Counted from the stretch's first letter, positions 1-10,651 are shown. The stretch is 64,000 bases of DNA from Nitrososphaerota archaeon (GCA_028867755.1 JAGWFT010000001.1:964727-1028726); one strand, 5' to 3'. Notes: generated by a model not told the origin, from the sequence alone. Made by a program: numbers and translations.

Positions 1-27
1 TAATATTGCTAGCAAGTAAGGATACTT

Positions 28-708
28 GTGAGGGTTGCAGTAATAGTTTTTCCTGGCAGTAATTGCGATCGCGACATGCACCATGTCCTAACAGACGTCT
101 TCAAGCTTGAATCCCAATTAGTATGGCATACCGATAACCTGCCAAACAATATTGATGCAATTGTGCTACCGGGGGGATTTTCTTATGGTGATAGGCTAAG
201 AGCAGGTGTAATTGCAGCTCATAGTCCAGTTATTGCAGAGGTAAAAAAGATGGCAGAAAAAGGCATGCCAATTCTTGGTGTATGCAATGGATTCCAAATA
301 TTGACAGAGTCTGGCCTTTTGCCAGGTGCACTTTTAAAAAACACATCTCTTAGCTACATCTGTAAATGGACTGAGATAATTGTCAAGAACAATAAAACCC
401 CATTTACAAACCGGTTCAAACCAAACCAAAGAATTCCTATTGCCATTGCAAATGGTGAGGGGAGATACTATGCAGACAAGAAAACACTAGAGTCACTGAA
501 GAAAAATAATCAGATTGTTTTTGCTTATGCCGAAGATATCAATGGCGCTACAATGAAGATTGCAGGAATATGTAACAAGGAAGGAAATGTTGTTGGGATG
601 ATGCCGCATCCAGAAAGATCAGCTGAACAAATCCTAAACCCAAGTGATGCCAAGCCTGCCTCGTTGATCTTCGAATCATTGCTAAAGACTCTGGGTGTTA
701 CTGCATGA
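28..708 (+). CDS. purQ: Phosphoribosylformylglycinamidine synthase subunit PurQ (glutaminase)
   Basis: FPGSNCD N-terminus, LPGGFSYGD, GVCNGFQIL nucleophile, GMMPHPER triad; overlaps purL start. Confidence 0.97.
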   Translation: MRVAVIVFPGSNCDRDMHHVLTDVFKLESQLVWHTDNLPNNIDAIVLPGGFSYGDRLRAGVIAAHSPVIAEVKKMAEKGMPILGVCNGFQILTESGLLPGALLKNTSLSYICKWTEIIVKNNKTPFTNRFKPNQRIPIAIANGEGRYYADKKTLESLKKNNQIVFAYAEDINGATMKIAGICNKEGNVVGMMPHPERSAEQILNPSDAKPASLIFESLLKTLGVTA

Positions 709-2870
709 GTCTGACTCCTCAAGAGTCAGAATATCTTGAAAAAAAGATAGGACGAAAACCAAATCATGTGGAGACCCAAATAGTTGCAGCAGAATGGTCA
801 GAGCACTGCTCTTACAAGTCATCAAAAAAACACCTAAAAATTCTTCCACGGCAAGGCAAAAGAGTCATCTCAGGTCCTGGATACGATTCTGGTGTACTTG
901 ATGTGGGTGATGGATATGTTGTCACAGTACACATTGAGAGTCATAATCACCCGTCTGCAGTAGAACCGTATGGTGGTGCAGCAACAGGAGTTGGCGGTGT
1001 GATACGAGATATCCTGTCTGCTGGTACAAGACCAATTGCAATTTTGGATGGTCTTCGATTTGGCGATATTGAAAAAGATATGCACGCAAGATGGCTTTTC
1101 AAAAATGCTGTCAGGGGAATTGCCGATTATGGAAATTGTTTGGGAATACCTACTATTGGTGGTGAAATAGAGTTTGACAAATGCTTTACCAACTATGCAC
1201 TAGTAGATGTGGCCTCTGTAGGTTTTGGTAAAAAAGAAAGGCTCATCCAAAACAGAGCCGACAAGGGTGATTTTGTAGTGTTGCTTGGAGGTTCTACGGG
1301 AAGAGATGGCGTCGGAGGCTCACAGTTTGCATCCGACAAGCTAGAGTCAGAAAATCGTTCTGCTGTACAAATCCCTGATCCGTTCATTGAAAAATTAGTA
1401 ATTGAGGCAATTCTTGATGCTAGGAATCAGAACTGTATCAAGGCAATGAAAGACTTGGGGGGTGGTGGGCTTTCTTGCGCCATTTCAGAAACAGCAGATG
1501 CTTTGTCAGTTGGCATAGATCTTGACCTGTCTTTGGTTCATAAAAGAGAACAAAACATGTCTCCAACTGAACTGATGATATCTGAATCACAGGAAAGAAT
1601 GCTTGTAATTACATCTCATGAAAAGCTTGAAACTCTAAAAAAAATATGTGAAAAATTCCACGTGCCATGCTCTGTTATCGGTAGAATAACTGACGACAAA
1701 ATGATGGAAGTCAGATCTGAAAAAAATATTATTGCTAAACTGCCAAGCGATGTGGTTGCAAATGCACCGCTTCTTGACAGGCCTTCAAGTGTGCCCAAAT
1801 ATCTAAAAAATATTTCTTCTGTAGAAAAACCAAAAACTCCAAAAAACCTATCTCAAACAATTCTAAAGATGCTCTCAAACCCAAATATTGCAAGCAAGCA
1901 CTGGGTCTATACGCAGTATGATCACGAGGTTGGAATTCGTACTGTGGTCAAGCCTGGAAACGATGCCTCTGTACTGAGGCTTGATAATGGAAAATTTTTG
2001 TCAGTCAAGATAGATGGAAATTCCAAGCACTGCTACGTTAACCCAAGACAAGGAGTAATAGGATGCTTTGATGAAGCCTGCAGAAATGTGATCTGTACTG
2101 GTGCAACACCAATAGGAATGGTTGACCACCTGCAGTTTGGAAACCCTGAAGACCCGCAAATATTTTGGACATTCAAAGAATCAGTAGAAGGAATTACAGA
2201 GTATGCCAAGTATTTTGAGATTCCATGTGTGGGGGGAAAGGTGAGTTTGTACAACGAGACTGATAATGGCCCAATCAAACCAACTCCATTGATAGGAATT
2301 CTTGGTCTGATTGAAAGTAAACCATTGATACCAAAGAAAGCAGAAAAAAACGACCTTGTCGTCATGGTGGGCCTCACAAAGGACGAACTTGGAGGATCAG
2401 AGTATTACGAATACATTCATGACATTATTGGAGGCAAGTGTCCCACTGTAGATATGAGCTCATCCAAGGCCAACCAAGCTGCAGTCTTGGAAGTAATACC
2501 TCAAGACCTAGTAAAGTCTGTACATGACTGCTCAAAAGGAGGAGTCGGAGTTGCAATATCAGAAACTTGCATAAAAAATGAGATTGGCTGCAATGTTTTA
2601 TTAAATAAAATTCCGTCTGAGAATCTCAGGCATGATGAGTTGCTTTTCTCAGAGTCACATTCTAGATTCTTGCTGATAGTTGACCCCTCGAAGATCAAAA
2701 AAGTCAAGTCGATTCTAGAAAAAAGAGGAGTTCAAAATGAAATCATAGGCAAGTTTTCAGGCCGTAATATTACATTTAAGGACAAAACCAAGTTGGTTGC
2801 AAGTGTAAGGGTTGATAAAGCACAAGAAAAATGGTTAAACTCGTTGGGGTCATTGGTCGGTCATGGTTAA
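705..2870 (+). CDS. purL: Phosphoribosylformylglycinamidine synthase subunit PurL
   Basis: WSEHCSYKSS, ESHNHPSAVEPYGGAATGVGG, DLGGGGL, SESQERM, GGKVSLYNE motifs; 721 aa. Confidence 0.98.
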   Translation: MSLTPQESEYLEKKIGRKPNHVETQIVAAEWSEHCSYKSSKKHLKILPRQGKRVISGPGYDSGVLDVGDGYVVTVHIESHNHPSAVEPYGGAATGVGGVIRDILSAGTRPIAILDGLRFGDIEKDMHARWLFKNAVRGIADYGNCLGIPTIGGEIEFDKCFTNYALVDVASVGFGKKERLIQNRADKGDFVVLLGGSTGRDGVGGSQFASDKLESENRSAVQIPDPFIEKLVIEAILDARNQNCIKAMKDLGGGGLSCAISETADALSVGIDLDLSLVHKREQNMSPTELMISESQERMLVITSHEKLETLKKICEKFHVPCSVIGRITDDKMMEVRSEKNIIAKLPSDVVANAPLLDRPSSVPKYLKNISSVEKPKTPKNLSQTILKMLSNPNIASKHWVYTQYDHEVGIRTVVKPGNDASVLRLDNGKFLSVKIDGNSKHCYVNPRQGVIGCFDEACRNVICTGATPIGMVDHLQFGNPEDPQIFWTFKESVEGITEYAKYFEIPCVGGKVSLYNETDNGPIKPTPLIGILGLIESKPLIPKKAEKNDLVVMVGLTKDELGGSEYYEYIHDIIGGKCPTVDMSSSKANQAAVLEVIPQDLVKSVHDCSKGGVGVAISETCIKNEIGCNVLLNKIPSENLRHDELLFSESHSRFLLIVDPSKIKKVKSILEKRGVQNEIIGKFSGRNITFKDKTKLVASVRVDKAQEKWLNSLGSLVGHG

Positions 2871-4299
2871 AGAAAACTGTGGTGTAGTGGGAATCTTCAG
2901 CCTGGATGGAGTAAATGTTATCCCAATGGTTATTGATGCATTGCGTGCACTGCAACACAGGGGCCAAGAAGCTTGGGGTGTTGCAGTTCCAAAAAAACAG
3001 CCATTCAAACAACTAGGGCTTGTATCTTCTGCAGTATCAGAATTTGACAAGATAACACGTGATTATGTTTCTCCTGCAGCAATAGGCCATGTCAGATATT
3101 CAACTATTGGTAAAAGTAACTTGGAAAATGCCCAACCGCTCAAAGTCAAGGATCTATGCATTGCCCATAATGGTACAATATCTAACGTTGAAGAGTTGGC
3201 AGGAATGGTAGGAGGATGCACATTTACCCCACAAAATGCAAGTGATACGCTTGTTGCAGCACAAAGACTAGTCTCACTCATGTCAGAAAATGGAAAACTA
3301 GGAAATGCTCTCTCAATTCTAAAAAACGAGATGGTTGGCTCGTTTTGTTTTACTTTTGTTTCTGACGATAATGCGGTATACGCCGCACGTGACCCAAGGG
3401 GATTCAGACCCATGGTTATAGGGCACAGAAAAGATAACAACACATACATCGTGGCGTCAGAATCAGTGGCCCTCTCTGCAGTGGGCGCACAGCTTGTAAG
3501 AGATGTAAAGCCAGGTGAGCTTGTAAAAATAAGCAACACGGGTCTCGAGTCTGAGATGTTTTCTGAAGCAATAAAGCCTGCCCATTGTTCTTTTGAGTTT
3601 ACTTATTTTGCACACCCGTCAAGTGTGATGGAAGATTCCAATATCTACGTGGCACGAAAAAGAATTGGGCAATTTCTAGCAAGAAAATACCCAATAAAGG
3701 ATGCAGACATTGTTGTCCCAGTTCCTGATTCTGCAAGGCCTGCTGCACTCGGGTATGCACAAGAGCTCGGAGTTCCATTTGAAGAGGGGCTACTCAAGGA
3801 TAGATACAGCAGAAAGGGCCCACTGCGTAGTTTCATTGAGCCGCATCAAAGTGACAGAGTTGAAATCAATCGATGGATTATTCCAATTACTCAGGTAATC
3901 AGCGGTAAACATGTTGTAGTAGTTGACGACAGTCTTGTAAGAGGTACAAGCTCAAAAGCAATTATCAAGGCTCTAAGACGAGCAGGCGCTAGAAAAATCA
4001 GCATGGTTATCACTTTTCCTCAAATAAAATTCCCATGTTATGCAGGAATTGACTTTCCGTCACAAGACGAGCTGGTTACATATCTTGGTGACGATAAAGA
4101 TTACACTGAAGCAGAAATTACAGAAAAAGTCAGACAGCTAATAGGTGCAGACTTTCTTGGATATAATGATTCTAAGAATCTTGCAGACGCTGTGGGCATG
4201 GACCACAGTTCCATGTGCTTTACGTGCTATTCTGGTGATTATTCCACTTTGGGAATAAAACCGACATTTAAGAGCAGAGCGGAGATCAAGGGTGAATAG
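2863..4299 (+). CDS. purF: Amidophosphoribosyltransferase
   Basis: N-terminal propeptide then CGVVG, LQHRGQE, GHVRYST, PRPP-binding VVVDDSLVRGTS, C-terminal Fe-S cysteines. Confidence 0.98.
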   Translation: MVKENCGVVGIFSLDGVNVIPMVIDALRALQHRGQEAWGVAVPKKQPFKQLGLVSSAVSEFDKITRDYVSPAAIGHVRYSTIGKSNLENAQPLKVKDLCIAHNGTISNVEELAGMVGGCTFTPQNASDTLVAAQRLVSLMSENGKLGNALSILKNEMVGSFCFTFVSDDNAVYAARDPRGFRPMVIGHRKDNNTYIVASESVALSAVGAQLVRDVKPGELVKISNTGLESEMFSEAIKPAHCSFEFTYFAHPSSVMEDSNIYVARKRIGQFLARKYPIKDADIVVPVPDSARPAALGYAQELGVPFEEGLLKDRYSRKGPLRSFIEPHQSDRVEINRWIIPITQVISGKHVVVVDDSLVRGTSSKAIIKALRRAGARKISMVITFPQIKFPCYAGIDFPSQDELVTYLGDDKDYTEAEITEKVRQLIGADFLGYNDSKNLADAVGMDHSSMCFTCYSGDYSTLGIKPTFKSRAEIKGE

Positions 4300-4301
4300 A
4301 T

Positions 4302-4547
4302 TTGGAGATAGCATTTGTTCTTGTAAAAAGCAAGATGGGCCATGAAATGGAAGTATTAAATGCACTATTGAAGATCGAGGGAGTAAAAGAAGTGATGGGA
4401 ACATACGGGCAATACGACATTTTTGCCAAAGTTCAAGTGCCAACTGAGGACCAAATTGAAAAAATAATCACCAAAAAAATACGTCAAATACCGCATGTAG
4501 TTTCCACTACCACCTTGCCTGTCATTCCAGGTCAAGGCGAAAAATAG
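4302..4547 (+). CDS. Stand-alone Lrp/AsnC ligand-binding (RAM) domain protein
   Basis: 81 aa, AFVLV...GVKEVMGTYGQYDIFAKV...IRQIPHVVSTTTL pattern; TTG start. Confidence 0.85.
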   Translation: MEIAFVLVKSKMGHEMEVLNALLKIEGVKEVMGTYGQYDIFAKVQVPTEDQIEKIITKKIRQIPHVVSTTTLPVIPGQGEK

Positions 4548-4621
4548 ATAATTTCCTTCTAAACGTTCCTGTATCTGAAAAGTATATCAGTTTAAATCCG
4601 AGTCAGTCCAATGACGCCTGA

Positions 4622-5449
4622 TTGAGGTTTCTACGCTCAGGCAAGGTTAAAGACATATACGAAGTAGACGACAAGCATGTCTTATTTCATTTTTCAGACA
4701 GGGTTTCTGCATTTGACGTAAAATTTCCTACTCCAATACCGAGAAAGGGCGAGGTTCTTTGCAAGTTTGCCGAGTTTTGGTTCAAAAAACTTGCAGTCAA
4801 AAACCATTATGTAAGAACAGAGGCAAAGGACAAGATAGTTGTTAAAAAGATGGCCATGATGCCAATCGAGTGCGTTGTTCGCGGATATTTCTATGGCAGC
4901 CTGATTCAAAGGTGGAAAGAGGGCGAAGTGAAACTTCCGGAAGGTGCAGACACCAGGATTGCAGCAAAACTTTCAACGCCAATCTTTGATCCAACAACAA
5001 AGTCAGAAACTCATGATGTTCCAATAACTAGGGATGATGCATTGGCAAAAAACCTTGCAAGTGCTGCTGAATATGATTGGCTAGAAAAAACCTCGCTTGA
5101 GATTTATCACGCAATGTCTGGCATTGCAGATAAGGCAGGATTCATCCTGGCTGACCTGAAGATGGAATTTGGAAAGATAGGAAACGAGATTATCCTGGGT
5201 GATTCTATTGGTCCTGATGAATATCGCATGTGGCCAAAAGAGTTGTACGCTGTAGGAAAGATTCAGGAAAGCTATGACAAGCAACTATTGCGTGACTGGC
5301 TTGCAGCTCGAGGACTGCAACAAAAGTTTGAAGATGAAAGAAAGAAAGGCATCGAGCCTGTTGCACCTGCATTGCCACCTGAGATGTGCAACGAATTGTC
5401 CTCTAGATACCTAACTTCATACGAGCGCATTACTGGAACTCGTCTTTAA
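4622..5449 (+). CDS. purC: SAICAR synthase
   Basis: GKVKDIY, SDRVSAFD, ECVVRGY, DLKMEFG, DSIGPDEYRMW, YDKQ motifs; TTG start. Confidence 0.96.
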   Translation: MRFLRSGKVKDIYEVDDKHVLFHFSDRVSAFDVKFPTPIPRKGEVLCKFAEFWFKKLAVKNHYVRTEAKDKIVVKKMAMMPIECVVRGYFYGSLIQRWKEGEVKLPEGADTRIAAKLSTPIFDPTTKSETHDVPITRDDALAKNLASAAEYDWLEKTSLEIYHAMSGIADKAGFILADLKMEFGKIGNEIILGDSIGPDEYRMWPKELYAVGKIQESYDKQLLRDWLAARGLQQKFEDERKKGIEPVAPALPPEMCNELSSRYLTSYERITGTRL

Positions 5450-5761
5450 CTCGAATTTTGTTTTAGGCCATAATGCAAAACCTGTCAATCCATGCTGTTT
5501 TTTTCTGCTCCAAGGAAATCTTTTTCCAAAAAAGCAGATTTTTTCCTTTTTCTACTTTTATCATACCGTTACGATATGTGATATAATAATACTAGATATA
5601 TCATAATAGTACAAGTTGTATAGTTATGGTATCACTAAAGTTATAATAAAAGGAGAAAATTAGGACTCTTCCAATTATTATGACGTGAAAATAAATCACG
5701 TATTGGACAACAAAATGTGATCTCATGATCTTTTAGGTTGTTTTAAAACTAAAATCAGGAA

Positions 5762-6295
5762 ATGTCGACTTTACTGCAAAAAGAAATCAAGATAAACAAA
5801 ATTCTTGCCACTAATATGGAACAAGCAAAAGCCCTCGATGACCAGGCTCGACTTAGAATCCTGAAGATATTATATCACAAGCAACTTTCAACAGAGCAAA
5901 TTGTAGCAGAGTTGCACAAAGATGGATACAAGAAAGCTACCACTACAATAAGGCATCATTTGGATATTCTAAAAGAAGCTGGATTGATAGAAATTGTAAA
6001 GATGGAAGAAATTAGGGGAGCGGTTCTAAAATATTATGGAACTACAGTGCGGGTTTTTGGACACAAGCTTCCGCCAAATTTTGAAAATGAATTTTCAAAA
6101 ACAATTGCAGATACGTCGGTTAAACTAGAAAAGGTAATCAAAAACATAGCACAGAACGCCGGCTCAAAAATGAAGAAAAAAAATTCATCAAAAAATAATT
6201 CAGAGCCAAACTATGAAGAATACATCTTGGTTGAAATTGTAAACAGGGCAATGGCCAAAGTATTCGAAGACAACGGTTCCATGGTTCAAAAGTAA
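5762..6295 (+). CDS. ArsR-type winged-helix transcriptional regulator
   Basis: KALDDQARLRILKIL...TTIRHHLDILKEAGLIE...KYY HTH pattern. Confidence 0.85.
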   Translation: MSTLLQKEIKINKILATNMEQAKALDDQARLRILKILYHKQLSTEQIVAELHKDGYKKATTTIRHHLDILKEAGLIEIVKMEEIRGAVLKYYGTTVRVFGHKLPPNFENEFSKTIADTSVKLEKVIKNIAQNAGSKMKKKNSSKNNSEPNYEEYILVEIVNRAMAKVFEDNGSMVQK

Positions 6296-6296
6296 T

Positions 6297-6713
6297 TCAT
6301 ACCACTTCTATTGCAAAGACACCTTTTGTTTCAGGACTTTGCAGAATCTTTATCATCTTTCTTGGAATCATGTCAGACGCCAAATCACAATTAGTGGCCA
6401 GAGTTCTCGGGCACACAAAAGCGCTTTTTCTAATTACGATATCATGAGGATTTGTCAGAGTCAACTTGTCATTTCCTCTGCCTTTTACTTTGAACGTAAA
6501 ATCCTTCACTGTGATTGTACAACTAACATGAGATTTTGAATTTTGCAAAAGTTGCTTCATTTTTTCTGGAATGTCGTTGCATCCAGAGCTTGCACTTACT
6601 CCGATGATGCAGTCACCATTTACTGTAAGATTTGACTCTGTTGTTATCTCAATTGTTTTTGGATGAAGTGATCTTATGTTTTCATGACCATAGAAAGGGA
6701 TCTCAAAACGCAT
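6297..6713 (-). CDS. DUF371 family protein
   Basis: GHENIRSLHPKTIEIT, GDCIIGV, DIVIRKS...RTLA signature. Confidence 0.85.
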   Translation of the reverse strand: MRFEIPFYGHENIRSLHPKTIEITTESNLTVNGDCIIGVSASSGCNDIPEKMKQLLQNSKSHVSCTITVKDFTFKVKGRGNDKLTLTNPHDIVIRKSAFVCPRTLATNCDLASDMIPRKMIKILQSPETKGVFAIEVV

Positions 6714-6765
6714 GATCTGTCACTTGTATAAACTTAAATTAAACCTTCAAAGGTAGAATTTTGAA

Positions 6766-7506
6766 ATGCTTCCAGCAGCAGCAGGTTATGATAGAGCAAT
6801 TACTGTGTTTTCTCCTGACGGTAGACTTTACCAAGTAGAGTATGCAATTGAGACCGTAAGAAGAGGCACTCTTGCAATCGGAGTTAAATGCAAAGAGGGA
6901 ATTGTCTTGGCAGTTGAAGAAAAGCCAAGAAAGCTACAAAATTCTGATATTACACAAAAAATATTCCAAGTCGACGATCACATTGGGGTAGCAGCAGCAG
7001 GATACATTCCTGATGCAAGATCTCAGGTAGACAACGCTCGATTCTTTTCACAGAGTAACAGGATGATCTACGATGAACCAATCGAGGTCGAATCAGTTGC
7101 AAAGCATCTTGCTGACCAATGTCAACAATTTACCCAGTATGCAGGTGTAAGACCATTTGGTGTTGCGCTGATAATTGCAGGCATTGACAAAAGCGGCAGT
7201 ACAATTTACCTAACTGACCCAAGTGGCACCTACATTTCCTATGATGCAGTTGCAATAGGCGCAGGCGCAGATCAGGTAACCGAGTATCTTGAAAAGTTTT
7301 ACAAAAGAGATATGGCACTTGATGATGCAGCAGCACTTGCAATAGAATCGATATATCTTGTAAGCGAAGAAAAAGAAGGAGTCAAACACATCAAAATGGC
7401 TCAGATTCTAAATGAATCCAAAGTCATGACAAGAACTGCTGAAAAAGATATTGAAAAGTATGCCGTTAAAGCCAAAGATAACATTTCAAAAAGACAGCAA
7501 AAGTAA
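6766..7506 (+). CDS. psmA: Proteasome alpha subunit
   Basis: YDRAITVFSPDGRLYQVEYA signature, RPFGVALIIAG, DPSG. Confidence 0.98.
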   Translation: MLPAAAGYDRAITVFSPDGRLYQVEYAIETVRRGTLAIGVKCKEGIVLAVEEKPRKLQNSDITQKIFQVDDHIGVAAAGYIPDARSQVDNARFFSQSNRMIYDEPIEVESVAKHLADQCQQFTQYAGVRPFGVALIIAGIDKSGSTIYLTDPSGTYISYDAVAIGAGADQVTEYLEKFYKRDMALDDAAALAIESIYLVSEEKEGVKHIKMAQILNESKVMTRTAEKDIEKYAVKAKDNISKRQQK

Positions 7507-7545
7507 CATCTAGTATTTTATAACGCACCCAAGTTATTTGCAATA

Positions 7546-8361
7546 TTGAAAATATCCGTAGCCATTCCAGACTCCTCATTAAGTGAAGAGCCCTCGCCTA
7601 TGGGAAAGGCGTTAAAAATCTCTGAGATTGCACGTGCCTGTGCCGTCTTTCGTGTAAAGACAATCTATCTGTACCATGAAGCTGATGGTAGAGATAGTGA
7701 CAGGTCACTTTTGCGTACCACCTTGCGTTTTCTTGAAACCCCACAGTACCTCCGTAGAGCAATGTATAGAAAAACAGACGAGCTTCAGTTTGCAGGCAGT
7801 CTTAGCCCTCTTAAGATCCCATCTCATGTGCAAACTCCAGACCCTCACAAGATAAAACAAGGTGATGTTCGTGATGGGGTTGTTGTTTTTGCCAGAGGAA
7901 AAAAATTTGTCGATGTTGGATTTGAACAGTTCATTCCGTATTATGGACCTGATGAAGTAGGAAAAAGGATCACAGTTCAGTTCAAAGAGGAATTTCCAAA
8001 TCTTTCCGTAAAACAGATCAGACGGGAAGAGATCAAACAGTATTGGGGATATGAAGTCAAAGAGGCATCTGGCCTGAGCAATGTTCTTTCTGCTTGGGAT
8101 TCTTTTGTCATATTTACATCAAGAAAAGGAAAACTTATTCATAAAACTCAAAAGTATTTCCAAGAGATTTCAAATTCCGAGGTGCTTGTGGTGTTTGGTT
8201 CTCCAAAAAGAGGGGTGCACGAGATTCTAGGAAAAGCATTAGGAAATGTTCCAAAATCGCAGATCTTAAACTTCTTTCCAGATCAAGCTACTGAAACAGT
8301 CAGACTTGAAGAAGCAATACTTGGGACACTTGCGATCTTAAACATATTGTCACGTAACTAG
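7546..8361 (+). CDS. SPOUT-family RNA methyltransferase (DUF171/C9orf114-like)
   Basis: IARACAVFRV, FLETPQYLRR, VFGSPKRG, QATETVRLEEA; usual position upstream of rpl3 in archaea. Confidence 0.88.
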   Translation: MKISVAIPDSSLSEEPSPMGKALKISEIARACAVFRVKTIYLYHEADGRDSDRSLLRTTLRFLETPQYLRRAMYRKTDELQFAGSLSPLKIPSHVQTPDPHKIKQGDVRDGVVVFARGKKFVDVGFEQFIPYYGPDEVGKRITVQFKEEFPNLSVKQIRREEIKQYWGYEVKEASGLSNVLSAWDSFVIFTSRKGKLIHKTQKYFQEISNSEVLVVFGSPKRGVHEILGKALGNVPKSQILNFFPDQATETVRLEEAILGTLAILNILSRN

Positions 8362-8390
8362 TTTTAATATTCCATAATGCAAACGATCTG

Positions 8391-8495
8391 ATGTTGAACG
8401 AAAAGAAATTTTTTCTGTTTGCAATTATGGCTGGAATCGCAGGAATTATTATTGGAAGTATAGTTATTACAATACATCTTGTGCATTTTTTATAG
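8391..8495 (+). CDS. Putative 34-aa single-pass membrane peptide (not in ORF track)
   Basis: Hand translation MLNEKKFFLFAIMAGIAGIIIGSIVITIHLVHFL*: basic N-terminus then an uninterrupted hydrophobic helix with GxxxG. Confidence 0.5.
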   Translation: MLNEKKFFLFAIMAGIAGIIIGSIVITIHLVHFL

Positions 8496-8583
8496 AAACT
8501 TGAAGTTTTGCAAAAAAATAATGACAAGATGCATTTTCTGATAATAGACTTATAATGGGGTATTCGACATTTAGCGTTTATCC

Positions 8584-9576
8584 ATGGGTCATAGGAAGCA
8601 TAGTCAGCCAAGGAGGGGAAGCCTTGCATATTTGCCAAGGGCAAGAGCGAAAAGCATGGAGGCAAGAATACGCACTTGGCCTAAATTTGAAGGCGATCAG
8701 CCAAAACTGCAGGGCTATGCCGGATTCAAAGCCGCATGCATGCGTATTGCAAGCATTGACGATAGAGAAAAGACCCCTAATTTTGGCAAACAACTTGTAA
8801 GCCTTGGAACCATTGTTGTTACTCCGCCTATGACAATTATCGGAATTCGAGGATACTCAAAAGACAGATACGGCCTTGATTCTGCTTTTGACATTTATGC
8901 AAAAGATCTCCCAAAGGAATTATCAAGACTGTTTACTACAAAGCACGACGAAAAAGGACTTGAGAAAGCAGAAAAGTCACTTGGCAAGATAAATGATCTT
9001 TTTGCTATAGTGTCTGTGACACCAAGTCACATCGGACTTGAACAAAAGAAACCATATGTGTTTGAGGTTGCAGTAAAAGGCGGCGACATTAAAACACAAT
9101 TTGCATTTCTCAAAGATCTTTTAGGCAAAGAAGTAAAAATTGATCAAGTTTTTCAAAAAGGCGCTGAAGTTGATGTTGCCGCAATAACAAAAGGAAAGGG
9201 ATTTGAAGGCCCAATTGCAAGATGGGGAGTTAAAAAGAAACAACACAAATCAAGAAAGAGTGTAAGAGCTCTTGGTACTCTGGGTCCTATCAGTCCTGCA
9301 ACAATCATGTACACTGTGCCAAGAGCAGGCCAAAGAGGATTCCATCAAAGAATACAATACAATAACAGAATAATGATAATGGGAAATTCTACTTCTGAAG
9401 AATACAAAATCAATCCTTCCGGTGGATTCAAACATTTTGGTGTAGTAAAAGGTGATTACATTATTTTGCGCGGTTCAATTCCTGGAACTTATCGAAGATT
9501 GGTAAAGCTTCGCACACCAGAGCGACCAAAACTATCAAAGATAAACCAACCAAAAGTTTTGGAGATAATGCTATGA
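8584..9576 (+). CDS. rpl3: 50S ribosomal protein L3
   Basis: MGHRKHSQPRRGSLAYLPRARA, TKGKGFEG, PRAGQRGFHQR. Confidence 0.98.
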   Translation: MGHRKHSQPRRGSLAYLPRARAKSMEARIRTWPKFEGDQPKLQGYAGFKAACMRIASIDDREKTPNFGKQLVSLGTIVVTPPMTIIGIRGYSKDRYGLDSAFDIYAKDLPKELSRLFTTKHDEKGLEKAEKSLGKINDLFAIVSVTPSHIGLEQKKPYVFEVAVKGGDIKTQFAFLKDLLGKEVKIDQVFQKGAEVDVAAITKGKGFEGPIARWGVKKKQHKSRKSVRALGTLGPISPATIMYTVPRAGQRGFHQRIQYNNRIMIMGNSTSEEYKINPSGGFKHFGVVKGDYIILRGSIPGTYRRLVKLRTPERPKLSKINQPKVLEIML

Positions 9577-10388
9577 AAGCTCCAGTCCTCTCCCTTTCTG
9601 GTGCAAAAGACGGCGAAATAGAATTACCGTTGGTATTTTCTACCCCATTAAGAAGTGACTTGATTCACAAGGCGCATATTCATTTAGAGTCCCACAATTT
9701 TCAAAGACAAGGCCGATATCCAAACGCCGGTATGGATGTAGTTGCCGAGTCAAATAGCCCCCCAACAGGACATCATGCAGCAAGAGTTGCACGTATGCTT
9801 GGAGGTGGAGGAGGAAGACAAGGCCAAGGTGGTGGTGTGGCAATGGTACGAAAAGGAAGACAAGCACATCCTCCTGTTGCTGAAAAAGTCGTATACAAGT
9901 TACTTAACAAAAAAGAAAACAAACTTGCACTGTGTTCGGCAATTGCAGCAACTGCATCTTCGATACTTGTAAAACTAAGAGGCCACAGGATTGACAAAAT
10001 CGAATCATTCCCAGTTGTTTTATCTGATCAGATAGAATCTGTATCAAAATCAAAAGAAATTTCCAAGATTTTTGACTCGTTAAACTTTTCTCAAGATGTT
10101 GCACGACTTGAATCAAGACTCAAGCGTCGTTCTGGAAAACCAAGATTGCGTGGAAGACACACCAAAGTAGGCAAAAGCATTCTGCTTGTGGTAAAAGATT
10201 CAAAAAGTCTTGCCAAGGCATGTGGCTCTATGCCAGGTGTTGATGTTGTCGAAGCTAAAAACCTAAGTGTCATCCACTTGGCACCTGGAGCAAAACCAGC
10301 AAGACTGACAGCATTTTCAAAAAGTGCTATAGACGAGCTTGCCAAACTAAAATCCACACACCTTGAATTAATGGTGACACTAAAATGA
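9573..10388 (+). CDS. rpl4: 50S ribosomal protein L4
   Basis: LRSDLIHKA, HLAPGAKPARLT; follows rpl3. Confidence 0.97.
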   Translation: MKAPVLSLSGAKDGEIELPLVFSTPLRSDLIHKAHIHLESHNFQRQGRYPNAGMDVVAESNSPPTGHHAARVARMLGGGGGRQGQGGGVAMVRKGRQAHPPVAEKVVYKLLNKKENKLALCSAIAATASSILVKLRGHRIDKIESFPVVLSDQIESVSKSKEISKIFDSLNFSQDVARLESRLKRRSGKPRLRGRHTKVGKSILLVVKDSKSLAKACGSMPGVDVVEAKNLSVIHLAPGAKPARLTAFSKSAIDELAKLKSTHLELMVTLK

Positions 10389-10651
10389 ACGTAGACGAAG
10401 CAACTCACATCATCCTCAAACCATATGTAACTGAAAAGACATTTGCGCTAGTTGAAAACGAAAGCAGGATTTGTTTTCTAGTAAGAGAAAACACTACAAA
10501 ACCAAAGATATTGGAAGCAGTAAAGGTACTCTACAACGAGACTCCAATAGGGGTTAACGTATGTAGAACAGTATACGGAAAAAAGGCATTTGTCAAGTTT
10601 GACACAATTGAAAAGGCAAGAGACCTTGCAACTAAGATAGGAATGCTATAA
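10385..10651 (+). CDS. rpl23: 50S ribosomal protein L23
   Basis: IILKPYVTEKT, KKAFVKF, LATKIGML. Confidence 0.96.
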   Translation: MNVDEATHIILKPYVTEKTFALVENESRICFLVRENTTKPKILEAVKVLYNETPIGVNVCRTVYGKKAFVKFDTIEKARDLATKIGML

